From Candidatus Edwardsbacteria bacterium (GTDB lineage: Bacteria > Edwardsbacteria > AC1 > EtOH8): a DNA stretch of 64,000 nucleotides. The notes beneath the pieces were generated by a model that saw nothing but the letters and a program-made list of their open reading frames with translations, did no database searches and was not told where the DNA came from. Position 1 is the first letter of the stretch. Every line of letters starts with the position of its first letter. The DNA lies in contig JAGVNJ010000050.1 in assembly GCA_020053305.1 (NCBI GenBank), positions 368-64,367 of the forward strand, in the 5' to 3' direction. Both the position numbers and the translations under genes were made by a program. Below, one piece after another: positions 52,767 to 60,180 of this stretch.

Positions 52767-54941
52767 ATGAGATCAACTTTCCTGAAGGATAACCCGGTGA
52801 TGTTTTGGGGCCGGGTGGTAATCGTGGCATTGATGACGGGAAGCGCTGCGGTGTTAAAAACACTGGGGGCGCTTCCCCTGTCTTTTCCGGGCATCATCCT
52901 CCTGTCTATCATCTTCCTGCTGCTGACGGCCTTTGCTAAGTATCTTAATCATCGGCGGCCGGGCTGGCGGTGGGATTATGCCCAAATGGTGCTGGACATC
53001 GGCTGGATCGCCGCCTTCATCCATATGACCGGCGGGGCGGAGAACCCCTTTACCCTGCTGTTCTTCATAGCCATTATTGCCGCCGCCAATGTCCGCTTTG
53101 CTAAGGGAGCAATTTTCACCGCCACCTTATCCAGCCTGACCCTGGCCGCTTTGATATATTTGGATTACCGCAGTTTAAGGACCGGACTGTTGCTGGGCCG
53201 GGACCAGGATTTCGTGACTGCTTTCACTACCGAGTTTGTTTTCCGGGGATACCTCTATGCCATCTGCTTCTATCTGGTGGCGGCCTTCTCCGGCTACCTG
53301 GCCGAAAGGCTCAGGCTGAAGGGGAGGCAGCTGGAGGACACCGCCCGGGCCCTGGAGGAGTTCAAGCTGTCCACCGGCGATATCCTGGAGAAGATGGGCA
53401 GCGGCCTGCTGACCATCAATGAAAAAGGGCAGATCGTATACTGCAACCTTTCCGGCCTGCAGATACTGGGCCTGGAAAAAAGCGAGATCATCGGCCGCAA
53501 TGTCTCCCAGGTAGCCGTCGAGGGCCGGGAATCCCTGGGGAGCATTCTGGCCCCGGATAATGCCCCAAGGGAAGGCCGCTCCCAGCGGATGGAGATAAAA
53601 ATATCGCGGGGCCGGGAGGAGGGCATTCCGGTGGGGGTCAGCACCACCTCGGTCTATGGCAGCCAGGGGAAACTGGAGGGCATCATCGCCATCTTCCAGG
53701 ACCTGAGCGCGGTCAAAACGCTGGAGAACCGGATGATCGAGATGGAACAGCTGGAGACCTCCAAGGAGCTGACCAAATCCCTGCTGAAGCTTCTGCATCC
53801 CTACCTTTCCGAGATAAATGCCACCATCTCCGAACTGATGAGGGAGAATGAGGTGGACCCGGTCATCATCGCCAAGATCTCCCGGGTTAAGGAGAAGACC
53901 GAGTATATCCGCAAGACCATCGATGACTTTGCCAGGTTCGCCCATATCGAAATCCCGGGAGCCGATATGGTCCAGCAGGCCGGCCGGGAATATGACAGCC
54001 GGATAATTGGCCGGTCGCCGAATTTCGTCGAGATCATGAACATGGTCCAGCAGGTGGCCCCCACCGACAGCACGGTGCTGGTCTGCGGGGAGTCCGGCAC
54101 CGGCAAGGAACTGCTGGCCCGGGAGCTGCACCGCCTGAGCGGTCGGGGCAAAGGACCATTCGTCAGCATCAACTGCGCCGCCCTGCCCGAGACCCTGCTG
54201 GAATCGGAGCTGTTCGGCCATGTCAAGGGATCGTTCACCGGGGCGATGCGCGACAAGGACGGCCTGTTCCGGGTGGCCTCCGGCGGCACCTTTTTCTTAG
54301 ACGAGGTGTCCGAGACCTCTCCGGCCATTCAGGTTAAGCTGCTGCGGGTGCTGCAGGAACGGGAGATCGTGCCGGTGGGAGGCACCCGTCCCATCAAGGT
54401 GGATGTCAGGGTGATCTCGGCCACCAACAGCGATCTGGCAAAGGCGGTGGAGATGAATAAATTCAGGATGGATCTGTTCTACCGCCTTAACGTCATCCAG
54501 ATCACCATCCCTCCGCTGAGGGACCGCAAAGACGACGTGCTGCTGCTGGCCGATGAGATCATCGCCAATTATTGCCGGAAGCAGAATCTCCCGGTTAAGC
54601 TGATGTCTTCCGGGGCCAGGGATTTTTTGATGCAATACAATTGGCCCGGCAACGTCAGGGAATTGGAGAATGTCTTGGAGCGGGCCATCATCCTGGAGAC
54701 CGGACCGGTGATAGAAAAAAACAGCCTGCCGGACGAGGTATTGAAGTTCGGGTCCGACATTAAAAAGGCGCCGTTACCGGAAACGGCCAACGGGGGGAAT
54801 TTAAAGGACAAGGAAAAGCAGACCATTCTTAAGGTATTGACCGAATGCCATAACAATAAGGCCTTGGCGGCCAAAAAGCTGGGTATTCACTACGCCACTT
54901 TGTACCGGAAATTGAAAAGCTATAATATTACGGATGAATAA
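52767..54941 (+). CDS. Membrane-anchored sigma-54-dependent transcriptional activator (polytopic TM sensor - PAS - AAA+ - Fis HTH; no receiver domain)
   Basis: Four to six N-terminal TM helices containing a PilS/AlgZ-like HMTGGAENPF segment. PAS-like region. Sigma-54 interaction domain (VLVCGESGTGKELLAREL, GSFTGA variant of GAFTGA, RVISATN). C-terminal HTH (ALAAKKLGIHYATLYRKL). Confidence 0.8.
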   Translation: MRSTFLKDNPVMFWGRVVIVALMTGSAAVLKTLGALPLSFPGIILLSIIFLLLTAFAKYLNHRRPGWRWDYAQMVLDIGWIAAFIHMTGGAENPFTLLFFIAIIAAANVRFAKGAIFTATLSSLTLAALIYLDYRSLRTGLLLGRDQDFVTAFTTEFVFRGYLYAICFYLVAAFSGYLAERLRLKGRQLEDTARALEEFKLSTGDILEKMGSGLLTINEKGQIVYCNLSGLQILGLEKSEIIGRNVSQVAVEGRESLGSILAPDNAPREGRSQRMEIKISRGREEGIPVGVSTTSVYGSQGKLEGIIAIFQDLSAVKTLENRMIEMEQLETSKELTKSLLKLLHPYLSEINATISELMRENEVDPVIIAKISRVKEKTEYIRKTIDDFARFAHIEIPGADMVQQAGREYDSRIIGRSPNFVEIMNMVQQVAPTDSTVLVCGESGTGKELLARELHRLSGRGKGPFVSINCAALPETLLESELFGHVKGSFTGAMRDKDGLFRVASGGTFFLDEVSETSPAIQVKLLRVLQEREIVPVGGTRPIKVDVRVISATNSDLAKAVEMNKFRMDLFYRLNVIQITIPPLRDRKDDVLLLADEIIANYCRKQNLPVKLMSSGARDFLMQYNWPGNVRELENVLERAIILETGPVIEKNSLPDEVLKFGSDIKKAPLPETANGGNLKDKEKQTILKVLTECHNNKALAAKKLGIHYATLYRKLKSYNITDE

Positions 54942-54959
54942 GAAACAGGGTAGTCGGTA

Positions 54960-55150
54960 TGGCAATAATAGTCATCCTGAGATTCTTCGGCTTGCCGGGC
55001 AGGATGCAGGACTCAGAATGACGAAATGGTTTGCTGTCACGTCATCCTGAAAGCGACAACAGTTTTCACAATGTCATTCCCTCGAAAGAGGGTATCTATG
55101 TTTTTGCTGGATTCCCGCCTATGCGGGAATGACACAGAATTGAAGGATCT
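54960..55150. repeat. Hairpin-rich intergenic repeat cluster (GTCATCCTGA x2; TGTCATTCCC...GGGAATGACA 10-bp inverted repeat)
   Basis: Direct and inverted copies of a GTCATYCC / GGAATGAC core. Small perfect hairpins (CCCTC-gaaa-GAGGG, TCCCGC-ctat-GCGGGA). Related copy at 60927-61035. Confidence 0.6.
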
Positions 55151-55201
55151 GCGCCTATAGGAGGTGTTCAGGAGGCTATCTTGGGCTATCCTCCTGACTT
55201 T

Positions 55202-55217
55202 AGGCACGATAATTGCT
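55202..55217 (+). promoter_or_regulatory. Sigma-54 (-24/-12) promoter upstream of the HAMP-pilin gene
   Basis: AGGCACGATAATTGCT matches TGGCACG-N4-TTGCW with correct GG/GC spacing. About 36 nt upstream of the ATG at 55253. Confidence 0.65.
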
Positions 55218-55252
55218 TATATTATCTGCATAACAGACATTAAGGAATTGAT

Positions 55253-56338
55253 ATGGCTCAAAATCGAAGACGAAAAATACTGGCCCACAAGGATATGCAG
55301 ATCAGGATCGTCATTCAGATCTTGGCAATGGTGGCCGGCGGAATGCTGCTGGTGGGCGGGGCGATATATCTGATCATCTGGCAGGGCATCACCAGCCCGG
55401 CCTTTGCTTCGGGTCAAACATCAATAATCAGCATCTTTGACCAGGTGCATAAATTGCTTTTTATAGTTATTCCGGTTCTTATCTTGATAATGGGCTGGAT
55501 CGCAATAATTATCTCACATCGTATAGCCGGACCTTTGGTAAACCTGAACAAGGGCATGAGAGACCTGGAGAGCGGCCAGTGGCCGGAGCGGCCCATGAAA
55601 TTCCGCAAAGGGGATGAGGGCCATCACCTGGCAGAGCAGTTCAACAGCATGGTGGAGAAAGTAAAATTGCAGATGGAACACGAAAGAAACAGGATGGACT
55701 CCATGCTGACTGAAGTGGAATCCGTTTCAGCCAAGTTAAAGCAGGAGAAAAAGACCGAACAGGAAATCATAAAGGAATTGGATTCATTGCAGGAAAAAAT
55801 CAAAAAATCCGCTCAGCAGGGCTTCACCCTGATAGAATTGATGATCGTGGTGGTGATAATAGGCATACTGGCCGCCATAGCCGTGCCCAATTACATGAGT
55901 ATGCGCAGCCGGGCTATGGAAGCCTCTACCAAATCAAATATGCATACTCTGCAATTAGTGATTGAAGATTTTGCGGTGAGGGTTGACGGCTTTTACCCCG
56001 ATAACTTGGATACAAAATTATCGGATATTAACGCATCATTATCTGCCGTTTCGATTGCCGAAGGCGTGCGTATCCCGCCATTCCCGGCCGCTGCCTTGAT
56101 ATGTCCGCACTTGGGTTATGTCAATCCGTTTAATCCTGCGGCCAACGCTTTGGACGATCTCCCGGGCGGCCCGCCAGCACCGGCGGCGGGCCCCAGCGGA
56201 GATGTTTTTTATACCAGTTATGATGTTGACGGCAACCTGAACGGAGGCACCAATCCAGCCGCTAGGGGGTATAGAATATGTGCATATGGTAAAACTGACC
56301 CCGTGATCCTGATTTTAACTGGAGGCACGGGAAATTAG
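55253..56338 (+). CDS. 2TM-HAMP-coiled-coil protein fused in-frame to a type IV prepilin (or two unresolved genes with the pilin starting at an internal TTG)
   Basis: Residues 1-90: two TM helices with a short loop. Residues 90-140: HAMP-like (HRIAGPLVNLNKGMRDLESGQW...DEGHHLAEQFNSMVEKV). Then about 50 aa of coiled coil. Then the canonical prepilin motif KKSAQQG|FTLIELMIVVVIIGILAAIAVPNY and a pilin globular domain paralogous to 56518..57018. No stop codon separates the two parts. Confidence 0.55.
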   Translation: MAQNRRRKILAHKDMQIRIVIQILAMVAGGMLLVGGAIYLIIWQGITSPAFASGQTSIISIFDQVHKLLFIVIPVLILIMGWIAIIISHRIAGPLVNLNKGMRDLESGQWPERPMKFRKGDEGHHLAEQFNSMVEKVKLQMEHERNRMDSMLTEVESVSAKLKQEKKTEQEIIKELDSLQEKIKKSAQQGFTLIELMIVVVIIGILAAIAVPNYMSMRSRAMEASTKSNMHTLQLVIEDFAVRVDGFYPDNLDTKLSDINASLSAVSIAEGVRIPPFPAAALICPHLGYVNPFNPAANALDDLPGGPPAPAAGPSGDVFYTSYDVDGNLNGGTNPAARGYRICAYGKTDPVILILTGGTGN

Positions 56339-56437
56339 TCGTCTATTGCAATAATATCGCATAATGCAAAGTAAATAAATTTGAACTATCATTGCGTAAC
56401 CGTTTATATACAATAAACTTGTCAACGCATTTATTTT

Positions 56438-56453
56438 TGGCATGATTTATGCT
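56438..56453 (+). promoter_or_regulatory. Sigma-54 (-24/-12) promoter upstream of pilA
   Basis: TGGCATGATTTATGCT fits TGGCAC-N5-TTGCW in spacing. About 65 nt upstream of the pilA ATG. Confidence 0.65.
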
Positions 56454-56517
56454 GCCATATTTAAGTCATAAGACTACAAAAAAAATCAATCCAACTAAAT
56501 TTTAAAAGGAGACCAAA

Positions 56518-57018
56518 ATGAACAACAAAGGCTTTACCCTGATCGAGTTGATGATCGTGGTGGTCATCATCGGTATCCTGGCGGCCATCGCCATTCCCAA
56601 CTTTATGTCCATGCAGGACCGGGCCAAGGAAGGTTCCGTCAAGGCTAATATGCATACCCTGCAGTTGGCGTCCGAGGATTTCTCTACCCAAGCTGATGGG
56701 ATTTATGCAGGAAACCTCGCTAGCACAATTGCTGATGCTAACGCCCTGTCTGCCAGCGTGTCTACTATTCCATTGTTATTGCCGGGCAATTTTAAGAACC
56801 CGTTTTTAGGTACAACGGGCGTAGGGGGTGGTTTGGCACTTAACGACGGCGGCGCGGAGCCGGCAGTATTTGCGGTTGCTGATAGAGGCATAGTATATTA
56901 TAACGGCTTGGATGTGGCTGGCGCATATGTTGGGGCAGTGGGTCCGGCAGTATCCTACGCAATCTATGGCGCAGGCAAAACTGACATTATTATCCTTAGG
57001 CTTACTTCGGGCCAGTAG
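56518..57018 (+). CDS. pilA: Type IV major pilin (PilA-like)
   Basis: MNNKG|FTLIELMIVVVIIGILAAIAIPNF prepilin leader and N-terminal helix. 166 aa. Confidence 0.85.
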   Translation: MNNKGFTLIELMIVVVIIGILAAIAIPNFMSMQDRAKEGSVKANMHTLQLASEDFSTQADGIYAGNLASTIADANALSASVSTIPLLLPGNFKNPFLGTTGVGGGLALNDGGAEPAVFAVADRGIVYYNGLDVAGAYVGAVGPAVSYAIYGAGKTDIIILRLTSGQ

Positions 57019-57035
57019 CGCTAATTGTTAAAAAA

Positions 57036-57067
57036 GGTAGGCTGTGCAATACGGCCTGCCTTTTTTT
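57036..57067 (+). terminator. Rho-independent terminator after pilA
   Basis: A-run, GGTAGGC-(11 nt loop)-GCCTGCC stem, then TTTTTTT. Confidence 0.7.
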
Positions 57068-57128
57068 ATGAGGGGTGGAATGGTTAAATTCGCAGGGGTA
57101 AAACATTTCGTAGGGGTAGGGGCAAGTC

Positions 57129-57530
57129 ATGAATTGCCCCTACATAAGACATTTGAAAAAAAATGTAACAATAATTTTGCTGTTCCTCTTCTGCGGTTGT
57201 GCAAATACAGATAAGACCCCGGAGGCGGCGGTAAGATATTTCTGGGCGGCCATGGCCAAGGGCGACAAAGCGGAGGTGCTCAAAACCCAGATATATTATA
57301 AAACAGGCATGACCTCCGAATTCATAAATATCCCGGAAAACATCGAGTGGCTTTATTTAGACAGCATGACCACTGTTTACAAAAGCGATTCCCGGGCAGA
57401 TGTTTATTACCAGGTGGTATTCAGGAAGAATAACGGCACAAAAACTGTCCGTTATAAAACCGGGACCCTGGCCATTAAAAAGAACAATAATTGGATGATA
57501 GCAAGGGTGATAGGAGCTAAAAAAGAATGA
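57129..57530 (+). CDS. Small lipoprotein of unknown function
   Basis: Lipobox LFLFCGC after a positively charged N-terminus. ATGA overlap with the downstream ABC ATPase. Confidence 0.45.
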   Translation: MNCPYIRHLKKNVTIILLFLFCGCANTDKTPEAAVRYFWAAMAKGDKAEVLKTQIYYKTGMTSEFINIPENIEWLYLDSMTTVYKSDSRADVYYQVVFRKNNGTKTVRYKTGTLAIKKNNNWMIARVIGAKKE

Positions 57531-58456
57531 CGGCCGTCATACAGATAAAGGGGTTATATAAAACCTACCAAAAACATTTCTGGATGCCCCGGCAAACCGT
57601 GCTTAAGGGCTTGAACCTGGAGGTGGAGGCGGGACAGATATTCGGTTTCCTCGGCCCCAACGGGGCCGGCAAGACCACCACCATCAAAACATTGATGGGC
57701 ATCATCCGGCCCAGCGCCGGCCGGGCCTTGCTTTTCGGCAAAGACCCCTGGGATATCGAGCCCAAACAGAGGATCGGCTTTCTGCCGGAATCCCCATATT
57801 TCTATGATTATCTGACCGGCCTCGAGTTCCTGGTATTTTGCGGCCGACTGTTCAATATAAGCAGTGTCGTTTTAAAGAGCAGGATCCAGGAACTGCTGGC
57901 CTTAGTCAACTTGAGTTATGCCGCCGATCTGCAGATGCGCAAATACTCCAAGGGCATGCTGCAGCGGATAGGGCTGGCCCAAGCCCTGATCAACGACCCC
58001 CAGCTGGTGGTGCTGGACGAACCGCTGACCGGCTTGGACCCGCTGGGCCGCAAGGAATTCAAGGACATCATTCTGAATTTAAAGGCCCGGGGCAAGACGG
58101 TTTTTTTCAGCTCCCATATCCTGCCGGACGCCGAGATGGTCTGCGATGCCGTGGCCATAATCAACAAAGGGAAACTTCTGCAGGTGGGAAATCTGGCCGA
58201 TCTCCTTAACGCCCGGATCAAAGCGATTGAATTAAACTGCCGGAATATTCCCGAGGAAACGGCCGGCAAAATGAAAAGCCGGTCGCTTTCGTCAAATACC
58301 ATCAACGGGCAATGGCAGTTCAATTTAAAGGCCGAGGCCGACATTTCCGGGGCGATAGATCTGGTGAAGGCCGCTGGCGGGGATATTATAAGTGTCATCC
58401 CCCAAAAGGAAAGCCTGGAGGAATATTTTTCCCGGGAGGTGGCCGGCGATGCGTAA
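57527..58456 (+). CDS. ABC transporter ATP-binding protein (ABC-2 exporter type)
   Basis: Walker A GPNGAGKTTT, signature YSKGMLQR and Walker B VVLDEPLTGLD. Confidence 0.85.
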   Translation: MTAVIQIKGLYKTYQKHFWMPRQTVLKGLNLEVEAGQIFGFLGPNGAGKTTTIKTLMGIIRPSAGRALLFGKDPWDIEPKQRIGFLPESPYFYDYLTGLEFLVFCGRLFNISSVVLKSRIQELLALVNLSYAADLQMRKYSKGMLQRIGLAQALINDPQLVVLDEPLTGLDPLGRKEFKDIILNLKARGKTVFFSSHILPDAEMVCDAVAIINKGKLLQVGNLADLLNARIKAIELNCRNIPEETAGKMKSRSLSSNTINGQWQFNLKAEADISGAIDLVKAAGGDIISVIPQKESLEEYFSREVAGDA

Positions 58457-59216
58457 AATAAGAGCCATAGCCTATAATACCTTTACCGAGGGCATCAGGT
58501 CCAAAACGCTCTATGCCTTGCTGATCTATATAATGCTGATTCTGTTCAGCGTCACCGCCCTGGTGCCGTTGACTTTGGGAGAGCATTCCCGCATCCTGCG
58601 GGATTTCGGCTTGTCCGGCATAGAATTTTTAAGCGTGATGCTGGCCATCGTTATCGGGACCACATTGGTCTATAAGGAGGTTGAGAAGAGGACGATCTAT
58701 GTTATCGCCTCCAAACCGGTGGAGAGGTTCGAATTTCTGCTGGGCAAATATTTGGGAATGGAGCTGCTGTTGGGCCTGGTGATATTTTTGATGGCCGTGA
58801 TATTCACTTTGGGGGTGCTGTTCCTGGACGGCAAATTCACCTTTATCCTGCTATTGCCGGTGACCATGATCTTCGTAAAAGTGTCGGTGATCAACATCAT
58901 TGCCCTTTTCTTCTCCAGCCTGTCCTCGCCGGTCTTGGGCGCGGTCTTCACATTTTGCTTTTATCTGGCCGGAACCCTAAGCCGGGATATTTTACGCCTG
59001 GTCCAGCGCCTGTCGGAGGGGCCCCTGAAAATTATTCTCAAAATATTTTATTACCTCCTGCCCAATATGGGGAATATGGACCTTAAGAATCAGGCGGTTT
59101 ACGATACGGCTGTTTTATGGCCCCAGGTTTGGTGGGCGCTGTCCTACAGCGGGGCCTATATTCTGGCGATGCTGATGATAACCTCGCTGATCTTTGAAAA
59201 GAAGGATTTCAAGTGA
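58449..59216 (+). CDS. ABC-2 family transporter permease
   Basis: Six TM segments. Immediately follows the ATPase with overlap. Confidence 0.6.
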   Translation: MRKIRAIAYNTFTEGIRSKTLYALLIYIMLILFSVTALVPLTLGEHSRILRDFGLSGIEFLSVMLAIVIGTTLVYKEVEKRTIYVIASKPVERFEFLLGKYLGMELLLGLVIFLMAVIFTLGVLFLDGKFTFILLLPVTMIFVKVSVINIIALFFSSLSSPVLGAVFTFCFYLAGTLSRDILRLVQRLSEGPLKIILKIFYYLLPNMGNMDLKNQAVYDTAVLWPQVWWALSYSGAYILAMLMITSLIFEKKDFK

Positions 59217-60088
59217 TGAAGGCAGGGGGTTTAATAAAAGGCAGTCCGGTCCGGTATGTATTGATGCTATTGGGAGGATGCCTGGTGTTCTTCAGCCAGG
59301 TTAAGATAGACCTGATGCTGAAAACCGAACGGCAGGGCGAATTGATGTATTTCCCCAATGCGGCGGTGACCAAGGCCGCCGCATTCGGATACGACAACCT
59401 GGCCGGCGACTGGATTTGGCTGCAGACCATCCAATATTACGGCCAGCATACTTTAACCGACCGGCAGTACCAATATTTGGGCCATATGTTCGATGTTTTA
59501 AGCGTTCTGTCCCCAAATTTCAGGGTGGCCTATAACTTCGGGGCCCTGCTGCTGGCCCATGACGCCGCCGATGTCCCGGCCGCCGACCGGCTGATGAAAA
59601 AGGGAATGGAGAACAATCCGGAAGACTGGTCCATCCCCTTTTTCCGGGGCTTCGTTCACTTCGTATTTGCCCGTAATTACCGGGAAGCCGGCCGGTGGTT
59701 CACCATCTCCTCCCGCCGGCCCGGGGCTCCGGAAATGCCGGGCCGTTTTGCCGCCTTTGCCCTGCAGAAAGGCAAGGACCCGGAAACTTCCCGGGCCTTG
59801 TGGGTGGAACTAATGAATAAGACCGAAAACAAAACGGAAAAATCCATAGCCCAGTATTATATCAGTAAAATCGACCGGGAAATAATACTGGGGCAGCTTC
59901 GGGAAGCTGCGGGTAATTTCCAAAAGGAAAATAACCGGACGATAATTTCGCTAAAAGACCTGATACTATGGGGCTATATTAAACAGATTCCCGACGATCC
60001 ATTGGGCGGGTATTTTTACTGGGACCCTGATAAAAAAACAGTGATGACAGAAGGCGGGCAAAGCATAAGCAAAAAAGCGGGTTTATAA
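59213..60088 (+). CDS. Hypothetical membrane-anchored protein
   Basis: N-terminal TM (VLMLLGGCLVFFS). No recognisable motif. Confidence 0.35.
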   Translation: MMKAGGLIKGSPVRYVLMLLGGCLVFFSQVKIDLMLKTERQGELMYFPNAAVTKAAAFGYDNLAGDWIWLQTIQYYGQHTLTDRQYQYLGHMFDVLSVLSPNFRVAYNFGALLLAHDAADVPAADRLMKKGMENNPEDWSIPFFRGFVHFVFARNYREAGRWFTISSRRPGAPEMPGRFAAFALQKGKDPETSRALWVELMNKTENKTEKSIAQYYISKIDREIILGQLREAAGNFQKENNRTIISLKDLILWGYIKQIPDDPLGGYFYWDPDKKTVMTEGGQSISKKAGL

Positions 60089-60101
60089 GAACCCGCTTTT
60101 T
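60075..60101 (+). terminator. Rho-independent terminator
   Basis: AAGCGGGTT-tataag-AACCCGCTT perfect 9-bp stem plus TTTT. The stop codon lies in the loop. Confidence 0.7.
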
Positions 60102-60180
60102 GCTTGGTGTCGCAGTGAATTCTTTGATTGACTTAACTTCTTTAATGTTATATTATTATGTCTCGTTTTAACTGAACTGG

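Noticed and set aside
55164-55373. 69-aa + strand ORF overlapping the sigma-54 promoter and the 5' end of the HAMP-pilin gene
   Set aside because: Out-of-frame overlap with a better-supported gene. No ribosome-binding site and no motif.
57527-60088. ABC ATPase + ABC-2 permease + downstream membrane protein as a GldA/GldF/GldG gliding-motility transporter
   Set aside because: The third protein (291 aa) is far shorter than GldG and shows no similarity I can recognise. Left as a generic ABC-2 exporter.
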